DNA of 64,000 bases from Candidatus Aenigmatarchaeota archaeon. Its GTDB lineage: Archaea; Aenigmatarchaeota; Aenigmatarchaeia; CG10238-14; SCSR01. Location: the NCBI GenBank assembly GCA_039000425.1, contig JAWBPV010000001.1, positions 38 to 64,037 of the forward strand, read 5' to 3'. Below the pieces are notes generated by a model. The model saw only the letters and a program-made list of their open reading frames with translations. It ran no database searches and was not told the DNA's origin. This document shows, one piece after another, positions 1 to 9,515 of this stretch (its first letter is position 1; each line of letters opens with the position of its first letter). The translations under genes were made by a program, and so were the position numbers.

Positions 1-389
1 TCGGAAGGTCCAGCTAACAAATAGTTTATTCCATCTTTTACTCCATAAAGTCTTAGAACTTTTGCCAAATGTCTACCATTTTCAGTAATAACTTCTTTGC
101 TCCAAGGAACAGTCTTCTTTTTACCCTTGCTGCCTGAAGATGTCATAGGAATATAGTTTTTTTCTTTCAAAACTTCTTTTGGAATAAAATACTCAATTGG
201 CTTTCTTAAATCTTCTTCATCACAGAGACTAATTGGGTGTGTTAAAAAATCTTCTAAACTTTCCAAATCTCTAGGGCGAACGTTATTTTCTTTGGCTTTT
301 TTTACCCAGTAACTCGAACCTTTAACTTCATCAAAGTTTAGCTCTCTTATCTCATCCCAATATTTTTGGGCTTCTTTAGTAATAAACAT
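1..389 (-). CDS. Partial ORF (runs off window), possible phenylacetate-CoA ligase/AMP-binding family protein
   Basis: Hand translation from ATG at 389: MFITKEAQKYWDEIRELNF...YIPMTSSGSKGKKKTVPWS...; TSSGSxG resembles the adenylate-forming P-loop. Not in ORF track. Confidence 0.5.
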   Translation of the reverse strand, partial: MFITKEAQKYWDEIRELNFDEVKGSSYWVKKAKENNVRPRDLESLEDFLTHPISLCDEEDLRKPIEYFIPKEVLKEKNYIPMTSSGSKGKKKTVPWSKEVITENGRHLAKVLRLYGVKDGINYLLAGPS

Positions 390-464
390 ACATTTAATTA
401 TAATAACAAAAAGAATTAATCTTTTTCATGAAAACTTAAAAAATTAGAAAACTTAATTTAATTT

Positions 465-1118
465 GTGATAAAAAGACTCTTAAACAATTTGTTCATGATC
501 AAAAACTATTCAAATTGCTATGTGATTCAGTTCGAGGATCATTCAATAGTAGTAGATGCTGGGATGGATAAAAAAGCAAAAGGGTTGCTAGAAGTTCTTG
601 AAAGAGTTAAAAAACCTGAAGCAGTTTTAATTACGCATGCTCACTTAGACCATATAAATGGTCTAGCAAAGCTCAAGGAAAAATTTCCGGAAATTAAATT
701 TTTTTGTAGTGAAAAAGCAAAGCAAGCAGTAGAGGGAAAAGAAATCCTTCTTCCAAAAGGATTAGAAAGATTTTTCTTCAAGTTCTTAACATTTTTTGTA
801 AGATACAAGCCTGTTGAAGCTGAAGCTATAAAAGAAAGTTTTGAAGCAGTTAAAGTCTTTGAAACACCGGGGCATACAAATGGATGCATTTCTTTCCTTT
901 TAGAAGTAGATGAAAAAAAGGTTTTGTTTTGTGGGGATTTATTGATAAACCAAAGGGGCTTATCTTTACCACCAAGCAATTTTAATTTCAACGAAAAATT
1001 ACAGATAGAATCTATAAACAAAATATTAAAGCTCGATTGGGACTGGCTTTTACCAGGACATGGTGAAGTATTAACTGAAAAAACAAAAATAAAGGAATTC
1101 TTAGAAAAATTTTCGTAA
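465..1118 (+). CDS. Metallo-beta-lactamase fold hydrolase
   Basis: THAHLDH, TPGHT, CGD and PGHG motifs. Confidence 0.9.
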   Translation: MIKRLLNNLFMIKNYSNCYVIQFEDHSIVVDAGMDKKAKGLLEVLERVKKPEAVLITHAHLDHINGLAKLKEKFPEIKFFCSEKAKQAVEGKEILLPKGLERFFFKFLTFFVRYKPVEAEAIKESFEAVKVFETPGHTNGCISFLLEVDEKKVLFCGDLLINQRGLSLPPSNFNFNEKLQIESINKILKLDWDWLLPGHGEVLTEKTKIKEFLEKFS

Positions 1119-1177
1119 AAAAATTATTTTGAAAATTCCAAAAATTTTTATATTTTATTTTTGAATAATCTAAATAT

Positions 1178-1474
1178 ATGAAAAAAGCTTTCGAATGGCT
1201 CACTTTGGAAGAAAAAATAAAAAGGCTTTCAATAAGCACAGTAAGAGTTTTTGAAGTAATTTCAAAAAACTGGCCAACGAATCCTCTAGAAGTTGCCAAG
1301 GTTTTGGGTGAGAATGGGGATGAAAAATCACTTTCAGCAAAATACCTTTACCATTTCAAAAAATTGCATAAATTAAAGTTGATAAGGATGAAGAAAATAG
1401 GCAATACTTACATAGCTTGGCCTGTTGAAATTGAAAAAATTAGAGTGGTGAAAGAAATTCTAGAAGGTGTTTGA
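1178..1474 (+). CDS. Winged-helix DNA-binding protein (putative regulator)
   Basis: PLEVAKVLG helix followed by YHFKKLHKLKLIRMKKIGNTY recognition helix and wing pattern. Confidence 0.6.
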   Translation: MKKAFEWLTLEEKIKRLSISTVRVFEVISKNWPTNPLEVAKVLGENGDEKSLSAKYLYHFKKLHKLKLIRMKKIGNTYIAWPVEIEKIRVVKEILEGV

Positions 1475-1996
1475 ATGTTATCATCGTTCATCTCGAGATT
1501 GTTACTCATAAGACAATTTTCTATTCTAAATGGAGAATTTAAGATTTTAGAGAAAAATTTTTACTTCCAGCCGATTAAATCATTAGCCATTTTCCAAGAA
1601 AAATTATGGAAGAAATCCAGAAGAGTGGGTTTGGAATTGATTTATGAAACGAGTAAAGAAGGTTTTGTTGATTTCATCAGAGACATAAAGAGGTTTGCAG
1701 AAAGTAGGGAAAAATTCTTTAATGTATTATTGAATTTAGTCACACACTTTGGTTTTGGAAATTTAGAAATAATCGAGGTAAATGAAAAGGAGAAAAAAGC
1801 TGTGGTAGAAGTTAAGAACAATCCTTTTGCTAAAGAATACGTTAAAATTTTTGGTGCTCAAAAAAAGTGTGTCGATTACATGCTGGCTGGAATAATTGCC
1901 GCTTATTTCTCCGAATTTTTTGAAAAAAACGTGGAATGTGAGGAAGAAAGTTGTATTGCAAAAAGAAATCTAGTTTGTAAATTCATAGTTAAATAG
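1475..1996 (+). CDS. V4R (4-vinyl reductase) domain protein
   Basis: FGFGNLEI, AGIIAAYFS, VECEEESCIAK...CKFIV pattern typical of V4R. Confidence 0.8.
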   Translation: MLSSFISRLLLIRQFSILNGEFKILEKNFYFQPIKSLAIFQEKLWKKSRRVGLELIYETSKEGFVDFIRDIKRFAESREKFFNVLLNLVTHFGFGNLEIIEVNEKEKKAVVEVKNNPFAKEYVKIFGAQKKCVDYMLAGIIAAYFSEFFEKNVECEEESCIAKRNLVCKFIVK

Positions 1997-2699
1997 ATAG
2001 ATCTTCCTTAACTACTATCCCCCTCTCTGTTATCTTAATCGGATAAACATCAACACCATGATTTGTCCTTCTCATCTTCCTTATAACCAAACTCCTAGAA
2101 GCTCCACCTGCTGTGTATTCCAAGTAGTGTAGGATTATAACGCTATCAACCACGAATTCCTCAAAACCAAACTTACTCAACGCTTTTGGCTCCGTTTCAG
2201 GCACTTCGGCTATCAACAAGCTTGTAACACCCCTCTTCTTCAAAATTTGTATAAGGTCGAAAAGTTCCCTCCTTATCTTTGAAATGTCGCCACTCTCTTC
2301 CCAACCCATAGCAGCGACTGTTATGCTATCTATAACAAGCCTTTTTGCATTTATCTTTTCAATCTTGTTGAATATGAGCTCCGTTAGTTTTTTTATACTC
2401 GTTGGTAAAACATGCTCGATTTTCAATTTTTCTTCTTTCATGTATTCCATGAACTCCTTGTCCCAACCAAACTTGCTCATATCCAATAATAAATCATCCA
2501 CACTTTGCTCTAAACAGATGTAAATTCCATTCTCACCTTTTCTTAAGCCGTGTAGTATGAATTGGCAACCAAATATCGATTTTCCCGTTCCAGTTGTACC
2601 AGCTATCAAATTTACAGAACCTTTAACAAACCCTCCTTCTATCAATTTATCTAATCCAGGTATTCCACTTTCAACTCTCTCCACCTTCATAAATATCAA
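1989..2699 (-). CDS. KaiC/RAD55-like RecA-superfamily ATPase
   Basis: SGIPGLDKLIEGG, Walker A GTTGTGKS, RLVIDS, KMRRTNH. Confidence 0.9.
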   Translation of the reverse strand: MIFMKVERVESGIPGLDKLIEGGFVKGSVNLIAGTTGTGKSIFGCQFILHGLRKGENGIYICLEQSVDDLLLDMSKFGWDKEFMEYMKEEKLKIEHVLPTSIKKLTELIFNKIEKINAKRLVIDSITVAAMGWEESGDISKIRRELFDLIQILKKRGVTSLLIAEVPETEPKALSKFGFEEFVVDSVIILHYLEYTAGGASRSLVIRKMRRTNHGVDVYPIKITERGIVVKEDLSI

Positions 2700-2721
2700 T
2701 TAGATTTTTCGTACTTTATTT

Positions 2722-5103
2722 TTAATCTATCCTCACAACTTTTGTTGGCTCGTCTTTCTCTTTCTCCCTTTCAAGCCTGTAGATCGAACCAGTTGCAGCA
2801 TCTTCAAGCTCTGGTTGGTGTGTTATCAAGAAAGTTTGATCTATAAATTCCCTTATCCTCTCCCTCAAAGTTGTTGAAAGTTCCACTATAGCTCTAGAAT
2901 CAAGATTGGCTGTTGGTTCATCCAAAACAAGTATTCTAAGTTGTGGTGCTAAAGCCAAAGCTAAAGCTATCCTTAAAGTTAAACAAGCTATACTTCTTTC
3001 ACCGCCCGACACATTACCTTCTACATTTACCCAACTTCCATCCCTTGATTGCAATTGTAGTACGTAGTCCCCTTCTTCAGCGTTCAGTTGAATCGAGGTA
3101 AAATCGCGATAAGGATATATAGTGTTCCAAAGCTTATTCATCGTTAAATTAACAACTTCTACAAAATTATTCCTCAACTCGATTTGGGTTTCTTCAAGAG
3201 CTAAATTGAAGATTTCCAAGTCTCTTATCAGTTTATCAAGTTTTTGGATTTCTTGCTTCTGTTTATTCAATTCCCTTAATTTTTCTTCATATTCTTTCTT
3301 CCTGTTCTCTTTCTCTTGGATAAGAAAATCGTAAGATTGAAGTTTGGTTCTCATCTCACTCACTATACTTATCATGTATTTCAGCTTCTCCTCCAGTGAT
3401 ATCAAATCTTTCCCTTCAAATTTAGCTTCTTCTTCCTTTATCTCATTTTTAATTCGTTCTATCTCTTTCGATAATTCTTCACTTTTCTTCCTATTTTTTT
3501 CCAGTTCTTCGAGCTGGATGAGCAAGAGTTCGTATTCCCTCTTCTTTTTTTCTCCCTCTTTTACACTTTTTTCAACATCTTCAAGCTCGCTTTTTACTTT
3601 CGCCAATTCTCCCCTAGCTTTATTCAAAAATTCTTTTGTTTCATTCAACTCATTTTCAGAATCTTCAAGTTCTTTCTCCCTTTCTTCCAAATCTTTGATT
3701 TGTAGTTGCATCTCCTTCATCTTCTTCGCATTTTCTTCAAGTTTTTTCAATTCCTCGATCAAATTTTGCTTACCGTTCATTAAATCTTTCAACTTTTCTT
3801 GCAACCCCCTCATCTGCTCTTTTTTCCGCTCTAACAGCACATTTTTCCTTTCAGGGGTCAATGTAGATTCGCATACAGGACACTTGCTCTCTTCAGAAGA
3901 TAAGTGTTGTATAAAAAGGTTGAGATCGTTTAGTAAATTGTTCAAGACAGATATTTCTGAATTCGTTTTTTCAAGTTTTTCCCTATTTTCTTCTATTTGT
4001 GTTTCAACGTTTTCGCCGATTAAATTTATTAAGCGATCCAAATCTTTCTTAATGTATGCTTTTTCTTCAACAACCTTCTTCAACTTCGGAATCTTTTCTT
4101 CGCTCAAGAATTTCATTTTACTCTCAATCCGAGAGACTTCTGAGAAATTCTTTTCATAAGATTCTCTCTTCAATTTCAACTCTTCTTCTTTCATCTTCAA
4201 TTCATATTCTGCTTCTTCTATAGCTCTCTTCACTTTATCCTTAGAAAAACCTGTCGTGACTTCTTCTATCAACTTCAAACTTTTCAAAACTTCTTCCAAA
4301 ACACTTTCTTTACTTTTCTCTTCCATCTTCAAAATCTCTATTTTTTCTTTAACTTTTTTCAACTTCTCAACTTCTTCTTCAATTTTTATCTTCTCCTTTT
4401 CAGCTTCACTCAACCTTTCTTTCAACTCACTCTTCTCATGAAGAAGCCTAGAAATTACATCTTCTAGCTCAAAAATATTTTTCTTCAACTCTTCTTCGTT
4501 CACTCGCATCAAAGCGCCCTCTATCCCGAGTTTTCTATCTATGATCCTGTTCTTCAAAGTTACTGCAGAACCTCTAGCTTTCTCGAACTTATCTATTCCT
4601 AGAAGCTCGTCTATTTTTTTCATCCTTTGTCCTTTTGGTATAGTGAGGAAGTAATCTAAAGCATTTTGTTCAGAGTATATGGCTTTGCTGAAAAGTTCGT
4701 AATCAACTTTCAATATCTCTTCTATTCTCTCGGTAACCCTTTGCGAGTTTGGTGCTTCTATCAACTTACCATCTTCTTTCACTTCCGAGTAAGTTGTACC
4801 TTTTCCTCTTTCTATCACTCTTCTCACAGAATAATTCTTACCATTCATTTGAAAATGGAGCTCAACTTCCGCTTTCATTTTTTCAACTGGTTTCCTCATT
4901 ATAACGTCATCCAACTTTATCTTTTTTGTTTGAAGCGTTGGAAAAGTGCCAAACAAAGCAAAACAAATAGCATCTAAAACAGAAGTTTTACCAGAACCTA
5001 TCGATCCCAACAGAATATTCGTGCCGGGTGAAAACTCTAACCTCGAATCCAAATGCGAACGCCAATTCTTCAATTCAACCTTAGTTATCATTTTTAGCAC
5101 CAA
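2722..5103 (-). CDS. rad50: DNA double-strand break repair ATPase Rad50
   Basis: Walker A GSIGSGKTS, coiled coil with CPVC zinc hook, SGGE signature, LDEPT; adjacent to mre11. Confidence 0.93.
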   Translation of the reverse strand: MVLKMITKVELKNWRSHLDSRLEFSPGTNILLGSIGSGKTSVLDAICFALFGTFPTLQTKKIKLDDVIMRKPVEKMKAEVELHFQMNGKNYSVRRVIERGKGTTYSEVKEDGKLIEAPNSQRVTERIEEILKVDYELFSKAIYSEQNALDYFLTIPKGQRMKKIDELLGIDKFEKARGSAVTLKNRIIDRKLGIEGALMRVNEEELKKNIFELEDVISRLLHEKSELKERLSEAEKEKIKIEEEVEKLKKVKEKIEILKMEEKSKESVLEEVLKSLKLIEEVTTGFSKDKVKRAIEEAEYELKMKEEELKLKRESYEKNFSEVSRIESKMKFLSEEKIPKLKKVVEEKAYIKKDLDRLINLIGENVETQIEENREKLEKTNSEISVLNNLLNDLNLFIQHLSSEESKCPVCESTLTPERKNVLLERKKEQMRGLQEKLKDLMNGKQNLIEELKKLEENAKKMKEMQLQIKDLEEREKELEDSENELNETKEFLNKARGELAKVKSELEDVEKSVKEGEKKKREYELLLIQLEELEKNRKKSEELSKEIERIKNEIKEEEAKFEGKDLISLEEKLKYMISIVSEMRTKLQSYDFLIQEKENRKKEYEEKLRELNKQKQEIQKLDKLIRDLEIFNLALEETQIELRNNFVEVVNLTMNKLWNTIYPYRDFTSIQLNAEEGDYVLQLQSRDGSWVNVEGNVSGGERSIACLTLRIALALALAPQLRILVLDEPTANLDSRAIVELSTTLRERIREFIDQTFLITHQPELEDAATGSIYRLEREKEKDEPTKVVRID

Positions 5104-6355
5104 AATCTTTCAGAGATTTTCTTAAAATGTTATCTAAAGTCTTTTGTTCTCCCAATAAAATGTTCAACATGTTTTCAATTTCTCCTTCGCTTAAAAGTCT
5201 GAACGCTTTCTCGAAATCGAAAGAAAAGGAAAAACCCAATTCTTCCAAATTTTTCCTGAAAATTTCAAAACCTATATCTTCAACCGAAAGCTTTTGTTCC
5301 CTTAAAGCTCTCAAGAATTCAGCTTTTCTCTCAACTTCAACGTTTTCCAATTCTTTTGAGAAAATTAAAATAGCTTTATTTGAGAATTCTCTATCTATAC
5401 TCTTAAGTTCTTGATCGCTTATCTCTATACCTTTCCCCTTAATTTTTAATTTCACTATTGGAGGCTTATCAAACCCTTTCTTCAATATCTCTTTTATCTT
5501 CTCTTCTATCTGATGCTTTGCCATGTTAGTTTCCAAAACTATTTCTTCGTAGAAGAATTTTCTATTCTTTTCAAGAGGGACGAATTCCACTTCAATTCCA
5601 TCATCCAAATTTATCATGTAAAAACCTTTTTCTGTTTCGCTCTCAGTTTTTTCAAGTTGTGTTGTGATTGTGCTACCTGGGAAGAGGAGTAGCGTATTTC
5701 CTATCTTTATTTGATTGTGTTGATGAATGTGTCCGTTTAGTATGATATCGAAGCCTGCTGGAAGTGATGAAGTTGAAATGGTTGGTGGTTCAAGAGGAGA
5801 ATAGACAAAAGGCTCTATGCTTTGGTGCATGAGCAAAATGTTGAAACAATCTTTTAGAGGTTGAGGATTCCATTGTAAAAGTGTATCTCTAGCGAACCTT
5901 TCAGGTACTCCAGACATACCATGTATTGCCACTTTTTTCCCATTTTTTTCTAGAACGATAGTGTCGCAGTGAAGATGAATCAACAAACCCGCATTTTCCA
6001 AAACTTCCACGGCATTTAACTCTCCTCTTCCTCTTCTTTCATGAGTACCATGAATCGCTATCACTGGCAAATGATTCAAGGTTCTTTCGGAAACTTTCTT
6101 CAATTCTTTAGAGCAACTAACCAACTTCACATTTCTATTTTCTTCCAACAAAGGTTTGACTAAAACTTTCATGGCTTTTGCCCAAGTTTGTGTTTTTGGG
6201 ACACGAGAATCAAAGATATCACCAAGTATCAAAATCAAATCAGATTTTAAAGCCTTTTCCATAGCCTCTTCAGCATTCTCAAAACTATCTTCTTCTAGTT
6301 GTGGTGTTAAAGCAAAACCGAAGTGAAAATCTGAAAGAACTGCGATTCTCATCAT
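5081..6355 (-). CDS. mre11: DNA repair nuclease Mre11
   Basis: SDFHFG, GDIFD, HGTHE, GHIH phosphoesterase motifs; overlaps rad50 start. Confidence 0.9.
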   Translation of the reverse strand: MMRIAVLSDFHFGFALTPQLEEDSFENAEEAMEKALKSDLILILGDIFDSRVPKTQTWAKAMKVLVKPLLEENRNVKLVSCSKELKKVSERTLNHLPVIAIHGTHERRGRGELNAVEVLENAGLLIHLHCDTIVLEKNGKKVAIHGMSGVPERFARDTLLQWNPQPLKDCFNILLMHQSIEPFVYSPLEPPTISTSSLPAGFDIILNGHIHQHNQIKIGNTLLLFPGSTITTQLEKTESETEKGFYMINLDDGIEVEFVPLEKNRKFFYEEIVLETNMAKHQIEEKIKEILKKGFDKPPIVKLKIKGKGIEISDQELKSIDREFSNKAILIFSKELENVEVERKAEFLRALREQKLSVEDIGFEIFRKNLEELGFSFSFDFEKAFRLLSEGEIENMLNILLGEQKTLDNILRKSLKDFGAKNDN

Positions 6356-6383
6356 CTCTATTAAACTTTGAGACTAAATTTAT

Positions 6384-7328
6384 TTAAATCCTTCCCAACT
6401 GTCTGTATTCCAAACCTCTTATTAGTCCAAGCTTCATGGCCAATTCTATTGCTTTTTTGAAATCCTCCTTTATACTTTTTCTAAGTTCTGGATATTTGCT
6501 AGCGTTGATCACAACTTCTCCGGCAGGGTAGTATTGTGACATTATGTTGACATAAGCATTGATGGATATTTCTTTAGCTATGAAATTCAGAACTTTACTT
6601 GTTTCCGCTATACCACTAGGCAAAACAAGGTGTCTTATCAACAAACCCCTGTAAGCCAAACCATTTTCATCTATTTTCAAATCACCAACTTGACGATGCA
6701 TTTCTTTTAAAGCTTCTCTACATCTATCCCAGTAATCTTCAACTGGTGGCTTGGAATATTTTTTAGCCCCTTCATTACTTCCATACTTAATATCCGGCAT
6801 GTATATGTCAACTATCCCCTCAAGCAATTTTATTATTTCAACATTTTCATAACCACCACAATTCCAAACTATCGGTAAACTTAAACCTTTCTTTGCTGCT
6901 ATGCTTATTGCTTTAACTAATTGTGGTGTGTAATGAGTTGGTGTTACCAAGTTTATGTTGTGACAACCCATATCTTGTAATTTCAACATCATCTCCGCAA
7001 CTTCTTCTTCATCACATTCTTCACCTTCTCCTAAATGTGATATCTCATAATTTTGACAATAAACACATCTCAAGTTACAGTTCGATAAAAAGATCGTACC
7101 GGATCCATGAATACCGACTAAAACATCTTCCTCACCAAAGTGGGGGAAAAAACTCGAAACTTTGAGTTTTTTTCCTGCACCACAAACTCCTTTCTCATTT
7201 TTAGCTCTGTTGACGTGACACTTCCTCGGGCAAAGTTCGCATCTTTCTAAAATCTTATAGAGTTTTTCTATTCTTTCTTCTATTCCTCCACTTTCTATCA
7301 TTTTCAAGTAAGTTGGTTCCATCATCAT
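6384..7328 (-). CDS. Radical SAM protein, PflX-like
   Basis: CELCPRKC N-terminal motif, CNLRCVYC SAM cluster, PHFGEE, RHLVLP. Confidence 0.88.
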   Translation of the reverse strand: MMMEPTYLKMIESGGIEERIEKLYKILERCELCPRKCHVNRAKNEKGVCGAGKKLKVSSFFPHFGEEDVLVGIHGSGTIFLSNCNLRCVYCQNYEISHLGEGEECDEEEVAEMMLKLQDMGCHNINLVTPTHYTPQLVKAISIAAKKGLSLPIVWNCGGYENVEIIKLLEGIVDIYMPDIKYGSNEGAKKYSKPPVEDYWDRCREALKEMHRQVGDLKIDENGLAYRGLLIRHLVLPSGIAETSKVLNFIAKEISINAYVNIMSQYYPAGEVVINASKYPELRKSIKEDFKKAIELAMKLGLIRGLEYRQLGRI

Positions 7329-7358
7329 TTATTTTTAAAACAGAATAATTTTTAAAAT

Positions 7359-8798
7359 ATGTCTGAAGGTATAACTGTGAAAAAAATGGAAAATTTTTCC
7401 GAATGGTACACACAAGTCATAATGAAGTCTGGATTAGCAGATTATGGCCCTGTGCAAGGTACTATGGCGATAAAAGATTATGGATACGAGATATGGGAAA
7501 ATATAAGGGAGATTTTCGATAAGATGTTGAAAGAATCTGGACATAAGAATGCATATTTTCCTTTGTTCATACCTGAGAGTTTTTTGAAGAAAGAAGCGGA
7601 GCATTTCGAAGGATTTGTTCCGGAAGTTTTTTGGGTCACTAAAGCCGGAGATAATGAACTTGGTGAAAAACTAGCGATAAGACCAACTTCAGAAACCATA
7701 ATTTATTATTTTTATTCTAAATGGATAAGGAGCTGGAGGGATTTACCAGTTCTATTGAATCAGTGGTGTAACGTGGCAAGAGCCGAAATAAAATCAACGA
7801 AGCCTTTTATTAGGACTACTGAATTCCTCTGGCAAGAAGGACACACTGTACATGCAACGAAAGAAGAGGCTGATGAAGAAGTAATGAAAATTCTTAAACT
7901 TTACAAAAGGTTGATAGAAGAATATTTAGCAATTCCAGTTATAATGGGTAGAAAAAGTGAAAAAGAAAAATTTGCTGGCGCTCTTTACACTGCAACTTTA
8001 GAAGCTATGATGCCTGATGGGAAGGCTTTACAAATGGCAACTTCGCATAACCTGGGGCAAAATTTCTCAAAACCTTTTGAAATAAAGTTCATGGATAAGG
8101 ATAAATCTGAAAAATATGCTTGGCAAACTTGTTGGGGTACTTCTACGAGATTGATTGGTGCACTGGTTATGACTCATGGTGACGACAAAGGATTGATATT
8201 ACCACCGAAAATAGCTCCTTTGCAAATAGTGATAATTCCAATCTATTACGATGAAGAAGAATATAGAAAAGTTGTTAAAAAAGCTAAAATGGTTGAAGAA
8301 AATTTGAAGAAAGCTGGGTTTTCAGTTTTCTGTGATGATAGGAAAGAATACACACCTGGTTGGAAATTCAACGAGTGGGAATTAAAGGGTGTTCCAATCA
8401 GGATTGAAATAGGACCAAAAGAATTGAAGAATAAAAAATTCGTGATCGTGAAAAGAAATGATTTCAAAAAAATTTCAATCGATGAAAAGAAACTTGAAAG
8501 GAAGATTCATGAAATTTTGGAGATCGTACAGAAAGAATTATTTGAAAGTGCTAAAAAGTTTTTGAGAGAACATACAACGCTCGTTAAAAATTTTAAAGAA
8601 TTCAAAAAAGTTGTTGAAAGTAAAGGGGGTTTTTTAAAAGTTTGTTGGTGTGGTAGCGAAGAATGTGAAGAAAAGATAAAGATGGAGACGGGAGCTACTA
8701 TAAGAGCTATACCATTCGGGAAAGAAAAAATCTTTTCAGAATGTGTTTATTGCGGAAAAAAAGCTAAAGAAGTGGTTTACATGGCAAGATCTTATTGA
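7359..8798 (+). CDS. proS: Proline--tRNA ligase (archaeal/eukaryotic type)
   Basis: RPTSET, FLWQEGHT, C-terminal zinc domain ending ARSY. Confidence 0.97.
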   Translation: MSEGITVKKMENFSEWYTQVIMKSGLADYGPVQGTMAIKDYGYEIWENIREIFDKMLKESGHKNAYFPLFIPESFLKKEAEHFEGFVPEVFWVTKAGDNELGEKLAIRPTSETIIYYFYSKWIRSWRDLPVLLNQWCNVARAEIKSTKPFIRTTEFLWQEGHTVHATKEEADEEVMKILKLYKRLIEEYLAIPVIMGRKSEKEKFAGALYTATLEAMMPDGKALQMATSHNLGQNFSKPFEIKFMDKDKSEKYAWQTCWGTSTRLIGALVMTHGDDKGLILPPKIAPLQIVIIPIYYDEEEYRKVVKKAKMVEENLKKAGFSVFCDDRKEYTPGWKFNEWELKGVPIRIEIGPKELKNKKFVIVKRNDFKKISIDEKKLERKIHEILEIVQKELFESAKKFLREHTTLVKNFKEFKKVVESKGGFLKVCWCGSEECEEKIKMETGATIRAIPFGKEKIFSECVYCGKKAKEVVYMARSY

Positions 8799-8873
8799 TT
8801 ATTTTTACTAAATCATCGAAATCTATTTAAACCTGGGTTTATAATTAAAATTATCCAGTTCTGGTGATGATTT

Positions 8874-9515
8874 GTGAAGACGGGTGGGGAAAAAATTGAA
8901 GTCATGAAAAGTGGTACAACTACAGTTGGTTTGATTTGTAAAGATGGTGTAGTACTGGCTGCAGAGAAAAAATCGACCATGGGATACTTAGTCGCGAGCA
9001 AAGAATCTGAAAAAATATTGCCAATAGCGGATCACATAGCTATGACTATAGCTGGCGTTAGCGGCGATGCTCAAACTTTAGCAAGATATATGAAAGCCGA
9101 GATCAAACTGTTTGAAATCCAAAATCAGAGGAAGATTTCTGTTAAAGGAGCTTGTACTTTGCTCTCAAACATATTGCAAGGAAGTAAGTTCTTTCCTTAT
9201 TACGTTCAGCTCATATTGGCGGGTTTCGACGAAACAGGGCCAAAAATATTCAGCTTGGACGCAATAGGTGGTTGGGAAGAAGAGAAAAAATTCTTCTCGA
9301 CAGGATCTGGATCACCAATAGCTTTGGGTGTGTTAGAAGATAGTTACAAAGAAGATATTTCAGTTGAAGAAGGTAAGAAAATAGCTTTAAGGGCAATAAA
9401 AGCTGCTGTGGAGCGTGACATAGCTTCAGGTGGAAAGGGTGCTGACGTAGCAGTTATAACGAAGGATGGGATTGAAATAACTAGATACGAATCTCTACAC
9501 AACATTACCAAATGA
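8874..9515 (+). CDS. psmB: Proteasome subunit beta
   Basis: Propeptide then GTTTVG catalytic Thr; GSGS motif. Confidence 0.96.
   Translation: MKTGGEKIEVMKSGTTTVGLICKDGVVLAAEKKSTMGYLVASKESEKILPIADHIAMTIAGVSGDAQTLARYMKAEIKLFEIQNQRKISVKGACTLLSNILQGSKFFPYYVQLILAGFDETGPKIFSLDAIGGWEEEKKFFSTGSGSPIALGVLEDSYKEDISVEEGKKIALRAIKAAVERDIASGGKGADVAVITKDGIEITRYESLHNITK

Noticed and set aside
3122..5414. Plus-strand Ser/Phe-rich ORFs (e.g. 3344..4159)
   Set aside because: Antisense shadows of Lys/Glu-rich rad50 and mre11; the same applies to similar short antisense ORFs throughout the window.
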